A stretch of DNA of 41,640 nt, taken from assembly GCA_963663405.2 (NCBI GenBank), contig CAXXSM010000068.1, positions 1 to 41,640 on the forward strand. The letters run 5' to 3'. Source of the DNA: a bacterium (GTDB taxonomy: Bacteria > Hinthialibacterota > Hinthialibacteria > Hinthialibacterales > Hinthialibacteraceae). The translations under genes and the position numbers were made by a program. Below the pieces are notes generated by a model. It was not told the origin of the DNA and did not search any database. It was given only the letters and a program-made list of their open reading frames with translations. The stretch's first letter is position 1. Every line of letters begins with the position of its first letter. Of the stretch, positions 9,959 through 18,621 are shown piece after piece.

Positions 9959-11422
9959 TTATTGAGAGGCGAGTAAATCGCAGGCGTTGTCCATAATTCG
10001 CGTATAGCGGCTGGCGGCGCGGGTTCCATTGGCGAGCATGGAGAAGATATAGGTTTTCCCACTCTGGGATTGGATATAGCCGGAGAGGGCGCGTACGCCG
10101 TTCAGCGTGCCCGTTTTCGCGTGAACCCGTTTGTAGGCGGGGACGCCGCGCATCCGGTTCTCTAATGTGCCATCGACACCGGAACAAGGCAACATATCCC
10201 AAAACATTTGGCGATATGGAGAGCGTTCAATTGTCTGCAATACCCGAACGAACGCATCCGCGTTGACACGATTTTCACGGGAAAGGCCGGAGCCGTCGGC
10301 GATGAACTGGTCATCGATATCGCATCCCTGGTTAAACAAAATATCTTTAATCGCCAATGCGCCTGTGACTAGACTTCCCTTTCCATAGCACCGCGCGCCC
10401 AGTGTTTTTAAAAAATGTTCAGCGTAGAGATTCTGGCTGTTCTTCAAGCAAACTTCCATTAAACTCGTCAATGGAGGCGAACGATAGGTATCCAATTTTT
10501 TCCATAGCGCTTTCGCTGGGAGAGCGGTTCCATCACTGAAATCACGGGGTGTTCCTTGAATTCGAATCCCCTCCGCTTCCAATGTTTCTTTCAACACGGT
10601 CATGAAATAGAGTGTAGGATTGGGAACTGTGGCCCAATGTGTCGCCGCGCGTTTCGCGAGAACGGATCCTTTGAGCGACAATGTTCTGGATTCCGGTTCC
10701 CTCTCCATGCCGACTCCACGTACATTTTTCCGATTGACAACCGTGGATAATTCATTATTTACATTGAGATAACGGGTGGGAGGGGATAGCTGAACTTCCA
10801 CCGCCTGTCCCGACCGGGGAGCGCCTTTGACTTTAACATCCACGCAGCCGTCATTGAAAGAGAGGGCGCTGATTTCCGCGGCGTACCACTCGACGTAATC
10901 CAACGGATTCCAGTTCAATCCATATTGTTCATCATCAAACAGATCGTCCACGCCGATTAGATCCCCGGTGATTGTCAGGATATTCTTCTGTTTCAACAGG
11001 GCCGCCCATTGGGCGGAAGAGTTCCGTCATATCTCCACCGTTGAAGCGCCCTCCGATACTCGGATCCCCCGATCCCACGACGATCAGATCGCCATCCCAA
11101 AATCGAGCCATTTTGTTTGCCGGCAGAAAATAAATCCGTTTCATACATAAACGAAGGCCCAAGATGAAGCAGCGCCGCCGCGCAGGTGATGACTTTCATA
11201 TTCGATGCGGGCATCAATCCCCGGTTGGGTGAGAGAGAATAGACAGGCTTGTCACTCATCAAATCCTGAATCAACACCGCCCATTCCGTGCCATTGGGAG
11301 AATCGTTTTTATATAAGTTGTCTAAATCCGACCGGAGAGAAGCCAAAACGGGAACCGCGAGCCCCTATGAGAAGCCATCCGGCAACAAAGCAGCGCAATC
11401 GGTATCGTATCTTTGAACGCAT
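9959..11422 (-). CDS. dacB: D-alanyl-D-alanine carboxypeptidase/endopeptidase (PBP4, peptidase S13), frameshifted
   Basis: SxxK (PASNMK) in 10993..11346, GDLIVVGSGDPS in 10935..11162, SxN (SQN), DGSGLSREN and KTGTL in 9959..10996. Signal-peptide start at ATG 11422; indels near 11362, 11100 and 11010. Confidence 0.92.
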
Positions 11423-11596
11423 AGTCTTTCTTCAAGAATATAGGTTTTTCCCACATCCAGCCATAACGAAACGGCCTATAAACGAAACTCGTAGAATACC
11501 CTCTGTAATGGGAATGATCTTTTAGTTTCTATTACTATAACATAAAGGAATTTGATCTGGAAGGATTCTTTTGGCGCCGGTTTGGGGAAGCGAATG

Positions 11597-11640
11597 AAAA
11601 AGGGCCGCCAGCGCCGGTCAACTGACCGAGTCAGCGGCCC
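11597..11640 (-). terminator. Rho-independent terminator downstream of the PilO-like gene
   Basis: Minus strand GGGCCGC...CGGTCA-GT-TGACCG...GCGGCCC followed by TTTTT. Confidence 0.75.
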
Positions 11641-11662
11641 CGGATTTTCGAACAAACGAGGC

Positions 11663-14110
11663 TTAGCGCATGCCTATCGTCGTAGAGCCTTGGGAAGCCT
11701 GCGCTGTGGTTGTTCCTTCCTCTTTACCTTCAACGTCTTTCAGATAGTGGCTTTCAATATCGAGTAGAACATTCATCAATTCGTTTTCTTCTTTGTTGGC
11801 TATTGTAATATTAATTGATGGTATTGATTCTCTGTCCAAATTCGAGTTCATAGAGGGAAATCCATCATTGCGCGGAAATCGGAGTCAAAATCGAGTTCAA
11901 CGGATCGTTTGATGTAATAATCCTGTTTGCTCTGTTCTTTTTGGTTGTTAAACTCAATGATCACCTCAGGGGGGATCAATTCATCTTTTTTATATTTCAT
12001 CCAGAGTTTGAGTTTTTCTTTCATCCCGTCGTATTTTTCCATCACCGCTTTCTTTTCTTCCGGTTTGAGGGGGTTCATCCGTTTCCGGATCGCGGAGATC
12101 CATAGCCAAATAGGCATTGGGGCCCATGCCACCCATACCCATCATGCCCATGCCACCCATGCCCATCATGCCCATGCCATAGCCCATACCCATACCACCA
12201 TAACCCATACCATAGCCCATGCCGCCCATGCCACCCCCCATACCGAAGTAACCATACTGGGTTAAAAGGTTATTATCGCCAAAAAGATCTTGCTGTAACG
12301 TATTGAGTTGGGTTTTGAAAGAATCTTCCAGTTCTTTATCGTCAACGTTGTAGCCCTGGCCTTTATAGAGAACATTGTTGATGGAGACGAGTCTCGAATT
12401 GATCGCTTGTTGGGCGAGGTCATAGCAGAATTTTTGGTATTCAACGACACGGAAATGGAGATCTTTGCGCAAATCCTCCGGATCGATGCTGAGCAACCCT
12501 TCTATTTTTTTCTCGGAAACATTCGGAAGATGTTTGTGAAGGTAATCAATCACATACAATTCCCGGATCATTTTAACGGTAGGATCACCTTCACCCCAAA
12601 TATTTTTCGCTTAATCCCACTTCATGTTTGGCCAAGAGGTATTTGAAGTTTTGCAATTCCCGGATTTCGGGCCCAAATTCCTGCATCGCGCGAGAGCGTT
12701 GTCTTTGCTCCAATTCATTGATTAACGCATTCAAGTTTTGGGGATCGGGGGAGGGCAGATCATCTTCAAAGTGATCGAGAACCAGCGTTGAGCTGGTCGG
12801 TTTCAATTCGGTTCCCGGCGTAAAACCGACGTGGACAGCGTTCTGGACACGGAGTTCATCAAAATAACAATCCGCGGTAAAGTTGCCTTCCTCATCGGTA
12901 CCGAGGAAGAATCCATCGAGCGTGTTGGGAATCGCGATGCCCTGTGTCAGGGTTGATCCAGCGGTGGATCCAAAGCGTCCACCTCCCATGCCGCCCTATG
13001 CCCATGCCGCCCATACCCATACCGCCCATGCCCATCATACCCATGCCGCCCCATGCCCATCATGCCCATGCCGCCCATGCCCATCATACCCATGCCACCC
13101 ATGCCCATCATACCCATACCCATGCCACCCCCACCGCCAAGCAGCAATTCATCTTCCAGGTCACGGGCGGAACGGATGGACACACCAGAGCCGTAGGGAA
13201 TTCCTTTATTTTGGCCATTGATATAGAGCGCTTGTTGTTTTTCTTTCCACACAGCCAGAACATGATACCACTGTCCCTGTTTCCAATCGTTGATATACGC
13301 AGTGACGGTGCTGGGATTTTGGAGGAAGTTCTTTAATTCAAAGGTGAGGGTAGCCCCTTCGCCTTTATAAATCGCGACCATACATTCGACTGGAAACGGC
13401 CCTTTGGTGGGAGGGAGTATGGCGCTGAGGTTGATCGGCCGCCCGAGTTCGTCCGTTATGTTTTCGGCATATCGTTCCAATTGATCCCGGTACAGGTTTT
13501 GGACGGTGATCGCCATGAACATAGACTTATGATGCACTTCCATATCTTGTGGATCCCAATCGGGTTTGACGTAAAATTCGACAGTGCCCTGGGAGGGTTC
13601 GATCACTTTCCGCGTTTCGATATTCGCATAGGCCATTGACCGCCCGTTGGAGGCGTGGAATCCTGTGCCGAAGCGGCCTTCCCGGATGCCTTCATTCACT
13701 CCCCATGAATTTGTAATGGCGAGTTTCGTGACAGCGCTGTTGTCTTCCACTTCTTTCATCCGGCGGATTTCATCGAGAATTTTACTTCGGTAATTGACCT
13801 GATCATCATAATGCTCAATGATTTTTAATTGTTTATTTAATGTGTCGAACTGTTCCCGGTCGGTTTTGATCTCGGAATCGATGCCTTTGATGACATTATC
13901 CATCCATCGGGTGACACCTTCCCGTGAGGTAAGAGATCCGCCGCCACCAGCGGTCGAGGTGATGCGCTGGACCTGACTCTGCAACTGGCTCAATTCCCCT
14001 TTATAGTCATCCAATTGGGTTTTCAACGGCGCAAAAATAAAGACGTGCAGACCACCGACAATGACCAGCGCGATAACAATGAGAACGATCGCTTTCATCT
14101 TCTTGTTCAT
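11663..14110 (-). CDS. ~815-aa bitopic PilO/GspM-like protein with an inserted LamG/ConA-like domain and two Gly/Met(/Tyr)-rich tracts; frameshifted
   Basis: Five adjacent or overlapping ORFs (12947..14110, 12591..12989, 11990..12571, 11848..12132, 11663..11851) rejoin at small indels. N-terminus: TM + FIFAPLK + coiled coil. LamG-like strands: GTVEFYVKPDW, WYHVLAVW, ALYINGQ, FFLGTD, CYFDELRV. The rejoined C-terminus YYIKRSVELDFDSDFRAMMDFLYELEFGQRINTI..INITI..LMNVLLDIESHYL fits the PilO ferredoxin-like pattern. Confidence 0.65.
12121..12256 (-). repeat. Gly/Met/Tyr codon tract (GM tract B)
   Basis: Encodes YGYFGMGGGMGGMGYGMGYGGMGMGYGMGMMGMGGMGMMGMGGMGP. Confidence 0.9.
12980..13138 (-). repeat. 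Gly/Met codon tandem repeat (GM tract C), about 4 copies of a 24-nt MGMMGMGG unit
   Basis: After removing an extra G (~13050) and an extra A (~12997) it reads GGGGGMGMGMMGMGGMGMMGMGGMGMMGMGGMGMMGMGGMGMGGMGMGGMGGG. Confidence 0.88.
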
Positions 14111-14166
14111 TATGTCTCTCCCCGTTCGAAGGCTCTTGCTTTTTTATTTTGTTACAATCCAACCAT

Positions 14167-15384
14167 TTATTGTCCGGTTGAATCGTCTTTTTCCGATGGA
14201 TTACCCTGTGGCCCGCCGATTCGGTGAAAGGTTGAATTTCCACATTCGGCGCAGCCGATTTGTTTGAGATCTTGTATTGTTTTGCATTCTTCGGATGGGC
14301 CGACCTGGTGTACGGCACCACAGAGCGCGCACTCATACTGCCCTCCGGGTTGACGAACCTCTCCTGTATAAAAAGGAGTATATCGCAATTCAAATAATTT
14401 TTCAGGTGGGATGGACGAATCCTTTTCACAGATAAAAAGACTGGAGACGTGCGCATGGATCGACGCGCCGTAATACCGGTTGAATTGAGGGTAAATTTCA
14501 TTGATTCCCCAGCCCATATCCAACAGGTTCCGTTGAATGGTTCGGAGTGTTCCGGTATCGGGGATGGGCATGGACAGGAATAAGGTTCCTGGATCGCCCA
14601 GCGCTTCATAAGCTCTTTTACAGAAGGCAGTTAGGGCATTGACGGTATACGCGGGATCGGTGAGCGCAACCATAAACGCGCCCCGGAGATCATCCGAAAG
14701 ATCGCTGCGGACGTCATATTCCCGCACAGCGATTTCTCCGTTTGTCACTTCTTGGATCAGATCTAAATACCGCCTGTCGATATCTACAACACACATTGGA
14801 TTTAATTTTCCGGATTGGCGTTGAAAACGCCGCCGGACAAGCCAACAGGCCACAGAGATCAGATCATCATCACCGACAAAGAAAAGGGAGCGTCCGAGAA
14901 GCCCTTTCTCCAATAATAACAACGCTTTGCGAATTCCAGTTTCGGCGGTGGCGTGACTTTGGTCAAGGGTAACGTCCACATCGGGACGGCGTTCGCAAAT
15001 GGTTTTGAATTCATCCAGGACCGGCATGGCTTGCGGGGGAATGACGCGGCCTTCTCCTTTGCAGGAGGGACAATTCATATCCGGCGCTTCCATACCGCCA
15101 AAGAGTCCATCGAGAATTTTGCGGCCACGATCGCTTAGTTCCAATCCCTGGCCGGGCCGCAGGAGATCCCGTTTTTCCAATTCCCGGCGAAGCGCCGCTA
15201 AAACCGGCACGGGGATTTTTAATTTGCGCGACCATTCATGCGTCGATCGCGCCTGGCCGGAGCGTATGATCCAGAATGCGCGGGTGATTCCTTCAATCCC
15301 TTCACGCAGCCGGACCGAATCGGCGAGTTCGGCTAAAAGATTGGTTTCATCCGTTGAATTATTATAATTATCAGATTGATTCAT
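14167..15384 (-). CDS. bpsA: Branched-chain polyamine synthase-like protein (N4-bis(aminopropyl)spermidine synthase, DUF43) with a C-terminal zinc ribbon
   Basis: N-terminal winged helix plus CPSCKGEG; RP-VDVTLDQSHAT-ET; VGDDDLIS; VVDIDRR; YDVR; TDPAYT; NRYYGAS; C-terminal CALC...CAECG. Confidence 0.75.
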   Translation of the reverse strand: MNQSDNYNNSTDETNLLAELADSVRLREGIEGITRAFWIIRSGQARSTHEWSRKLKIPVPVLAALRRELEKRDLLRPGQGLELSDRGRKILDGLFGGMEAPDMNCPSCKGEGRVIPPQAMPVLDEFKTICERRPDVDVTLDQSHATAETGIRKALLLLEKGLLGRSLFFVGDDDLISVACWLVRRRFQRQSGKLNPMCVVDIDRRYLDLIQEVTNGEIAVREYDVRSDLSDDLRGAFMVALTDPAYTVNALTAFCKRAYEALGDPGTLFLSMPIPDTGTLRTIQRNLLDMGWGINEIYPQFNRYYGASIHAHVSSLFICEKDSSIPPEKLFELRYTPFYTGEVRQPGGQYECALCGAVHQVGPSEECKTIQDLKQIGCAECGNSTFHRIGGPQGNPSEKDDSTGQ

Positions 15385-15386
15385 AC

Positions 15387-16335
15387 TTATTGATGGTTTT
15401 CTCGAAATCGTATTAACGCGGTGATTGTGTCGTTGATCGGCGTAGGAATCTCTTTTTGGCGGCCAAGGGAAGCGATGGCGCCATTCAGCGCGGCGATCTC
15501 CGTTCTCTTTCCACGTTCCAAATCGCGCAGCATGGAGGGAAAATGCGCGGCGGTGGGAGGGATCATAGTCTCATAAAACGCCTGAAGATAGTCCTCCGCG
15601 GTTTCCCAAAACAGTTCGATGCCATGCGCCTTCGTGACCGCAAAGGCTTCCTGGATGATTTTGTTCATGAGATCGTGGGTTTCTCTGTCATCCGCCAAGG
15701 CGCCGTAATTCACACCCAGAAGCGCGCCGGCAGGATTCAGCGCGGCGTTATAAAGAATTTTCGCCCCAGACATATTGTTCCAACCGGTCCGTGGCTTCGA
15801 TGGGGATCCCTGCGCCCTTCATTTCAGAAGCGATCGATTCGAGTTGGGTCATGGGCGTTTCGCGTTGGTAGTGTCCAAGCCGGATGGAATCCGCATGAAC
15901 CGTTACTTGAACAACACCCGGCTCCGGCAATTCAACACCAGTAATGACCCGCGCGCCCAACGTTCGAGGCCAACCGATCCGATCCGCGACAATCTGGCAG
16001 TTTCCGTATCCATTCTGGCAGGAAATCACCAAGGTTGTTTCACCCACGAGCGGCTCACAAGCGGTGATCGCTTCTTTCGTTGAAAACGCTTTGGTAGTTA
16101 GGAGAATCCGGTCGAATGTCTGTTCCGATGCAGGAATGGCGTCTATCGATTCATAGGCGGATTGGGGAGGGATTTGATAGTCGCCCCAAACGCCGGAGAT
16201 TGAGATCCCCCGTGAACGAATTCCATTTACATTCCACCGGCGCCCTGCGAAAACAACCCGCTGCCCCGCTCCGGCCAGCAATCCCCCCAACAAGGTACCG
16301 ACCGCGCCCGCGCCAAAAATTAGATAGCGATACAT
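15387..16335 (-). CDS. panE: 2-dehydropantoate 2-reductase, frameshifted
   Basis: GAGAVG, TTKAF, QNGYG and SMLRDLERGKRTEIAALNGAI. Removing one G from the run at 15764-15767 restores VWAKILYN (catalytic Lys). Confidence 0.9.
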
Positions 16336-16346
16336 AATCGTCTCAC

Positions 16347-16371
16347 AAAAAAAGCCCCAACCGGGGCTTTT
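16347..16371 (-). terminator. Rho-independent terminator after rpmA
   Basis: Minus strand AAAAGCCCC-GGTT-GGGGCTTTTTTT. Confidence 0.8.
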
Positions 16372-16400
16372 GTCATCATTGATCGAAGACCGAAAATCAT

Positions 16401-16661
16401 TCAGGAGGTTTCGGGAATGACAGCGATCAGCTTGCGGTTCCGTTTTTCTAAAAACTGCACGTGTCCGGTCACTAGCGCGAAAAGCGTGTCATCACCACCG
16501 CGTCCGACATTGTCGCCGGGATGAAATTTCGTTCCCCGCTGACGAACGAGAATGGATCCCGCCTGGACGAATTGCCCGCCAAACCGTTTGACTCCCAACC
16601 GCTTCGAATTACTGTCGCGACCGTTTTTCTGTTTACCACCACCGCTTTTTACGTGAGCCAT
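16401..16661 (-). CDS. rpmA: 50S ribosomal protein L27
   Basis: [30 protein letters not shown] and GGDDTLFAL. Confidence 0.98.
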   Translation of the reverse strand: MAHVKSGGGKQKNGRDSNSKRLGVKRFGGQFVQAGSILVRQRGTKFHPGDNVGRGGDDTLFALVTGHVQFLEKRNRKLIAVIPETS

Positions 16662-16926
16662 TTCTTATTCTCCGATTTTAATCTAGAAAAAGAATTATAC
16701 TATTTTGTACAGAGAATACAAGGAGTGAAAACAGATTGAATCTCAATTGATTAAAATCAAGAGAAATGGGATACGATTTCTTCTTCTCATTCCTCTATTT
16801 CCCAGATTCTTTTTTTGTTGAAAAAACATTAATTCAATTCATGCGCTCGATCGAAAAACCATGCGTTAAATCGGAGCGCACTTATCAAAACCATTTTTTG
16901 AGGTATAAATGTAGTCTTTATGTTCT

Positions 16927-17328
16927 GTGATTAAGACAACATATCCCAATTTCTTCATGGAGCGGATTATGCTAGAACGAATTGAAAATGAGATTGACCG
17001 GGAATCCATCGCCGCCCGGATTCACGCTCATCTTTGTATGCTAAATACAGTGGATAAAGAACTGTCTCAAGCGATCGGGAAGATTAAAAAAGAGGCGCGT
17101 AATATTAAAAGAGAACTCAAAAAGAATCTTCGCGATTTGGAATCGGAAACGATTCCAGCGGCGCAGGAGGATCTCGAAACCCTTCAATTCGCGTTGAAAC
17201 TTCCAGCGAAGCGGCAGAAGAAATTGATTGGAATTCCTGAACAGAATACACTCGGATTTCTACAGCAGTACATCAAGTATTTACAATCATTACGGATCAC
17301 GGCTGGGCAGGGGCAAAATGAGAAATGA
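16927..17328 (+). CDS. Hypothetical helical/coiled-coil protein (start may be 16957 or 16969)
   Basis: 133-aa ORF with charged helical composition, filling the gap upstream of the CHAD gene on the same strand. Confidence 0.6.
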   Translation: MIKTTYPNFFMERIMLERIENEIDRESIAARIHAHLCMLNTVDKELSQAIGKIKKEARNIKRELKKNLRDLESETIPAAQEDLETLQFALKLPAKRQKKLIGIPEQNTLGFLQQYIKYLQSLRITAGQGQNEK

Positions 17329-17409
17329 ATAGAATTTGCTGATGATTGGCGGATTGGTTGTAGTATTTGAATTATGCAGCGGTAATAACATAGACAAAGA
17401 AGTGAGTGA

Positions 17410-18354
17410 TTGATGATTGTGCCTTCCATTCCCGAATTCCTTCAGGATAAAATCCGCGCGTCTGATTCCATTGGTCTGGCGGGAAAAAAAATTCTCACGA
17501 AAGAATTCGTTGAGCTGGTCAGTCATGAAGCGGGGACAAAATCGGGTGTTGATATTGAAGAACTTCACCGGATGCGCGTCTGTACTCGCCGGATGCGAAC
17601 CTGTTTCCGGATCTGGGATCCGGTTTATGACGATGATCATGTTCGGTCATTGTGCGCAGCGATTCGTTCGACCGCACACGTGTTAGGGAAGGTTCGGGAT
17701 ATCGATACGTTTCTTGAATCTCTCAGCGCCAATGTATCGAAATTCCCAGAAGAGCTTCAATCCGCTGTAAAACGGTTGATGGAAGAACGAAAACAGACGC
17801 GGGAAGTAGGTCTTACGAACATACGAATGGAACTGGATGGAGAGCTGTACCAACAGTGGAAGAAAGATTTCCTTCGATTTATCGAGGAAGAATCAACACG
17901 TCCACAAGCGAAAGAGTCGCTTCATTTCGCCGGTCCACGGATATTAAACCGCTGTTTCAACGCTGTTATGAAATACAAAAAGAAAGTGATGGACGCTACG
18001 CCCAAGGCGCTTCATAAATTACGCATTAAATGCAAAGAATTTCGATACATCACTGAATTCTTCCAAACCGCATATGACAAACGGTTGCAAACCACAACTG
18101 AATACGCGGAGCGGCTTCAAGATCTGTTAGGGGAAATTCTAGATACAGAACGGGATCTATTATTACTCGAAACTAATATCCAGGAATTGGTTCCGATCGT
18201 TCATGCAGGAGAAAATGCCCTTCATTCCCTAATCGATCACATGAAAGAACGGCGGAAAAGGGGGTACGAAGTTTTTCATGAGTTTTGGAGGATATCCAGT
18301 GTGGAGGAACATGAAAATATGATCCAGTATATTATCACTCATGCGGTGAAATGA
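17410..18354 (+). CDS. CHAD-domain (polyphosphate-binding) protein
   Basis: IEELHRMRVCTRRMR, LGKVRDID, ALHKLRIKCKEFRY and LQDLLGEILD. Confidence 0.9.
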   Translation: MMIVPSIPEFLQDKIRASDSIGLAGKKILTKEFVELVSHEAGTKSGVDIEELHRMRVCTRRMRTCFRIWDPVYDDDHVRSLCAAIRSTAHVLGKVRDIDTFLESLSANVSKFPEELQSAVKRLMEERKQTREVGLTNIRMELDGELYQQWKKDFLRFIEEESTRPQAKESLHFAGPRILNRCFNAVMKYKKKVMDATPKALHKLRIKCKEFRYITEFFQTAYDKRLQTTTEYAERLQDLLGEILDTERDLLLLETNIQELVPIVHAGENALHSLIDHMKERRKRGYEVFHEFWRISSVEEHENMIQYIITHAVK

Positions 18355-18621
18355 GATCCATCTACTTTCGTCAATATCCTGCGTGTTTTACAAATTCTAT
18401 TCTTTCAACGCGGCGTTGTTAATTCATTAAATTCCCTTTCCGGTGTGTGACTCCCAGGACTTTGTTGCAATGGGGGCAGAAGAACATATACCGTTTTCCA
18501 AAAAAACTTTCGATCCGCTTTGTATAAACCGTATGCAGTTTCTTTTCACAATATGGGCAAATGGGAGAGACATCATCTCTTTCTTCGACATGAATCATGC
18601 TCTCGTCCTTTTCTGACGGAT

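Noticed and set aside
11927-13336. His/Ala- or Pro/Met-rich plus-strand ORFs (HAHATH..., MPPMP...) as metal-binding proteins; likewise 7699..7887
   Set aside because: They are antisense shadows of the Gly/Met codon tracts; third-position variation and the flanking domains support the minus-strand frame.
6102-16335. Programmed frameshifting, phase variation or true pseudogenes (Lrp, dacB, panE)
   Set aside because: Indels are numerous, in short runs, in unrelated housekeeping genes with intact active sites; sequencing error is more parsimonious, pending reads.
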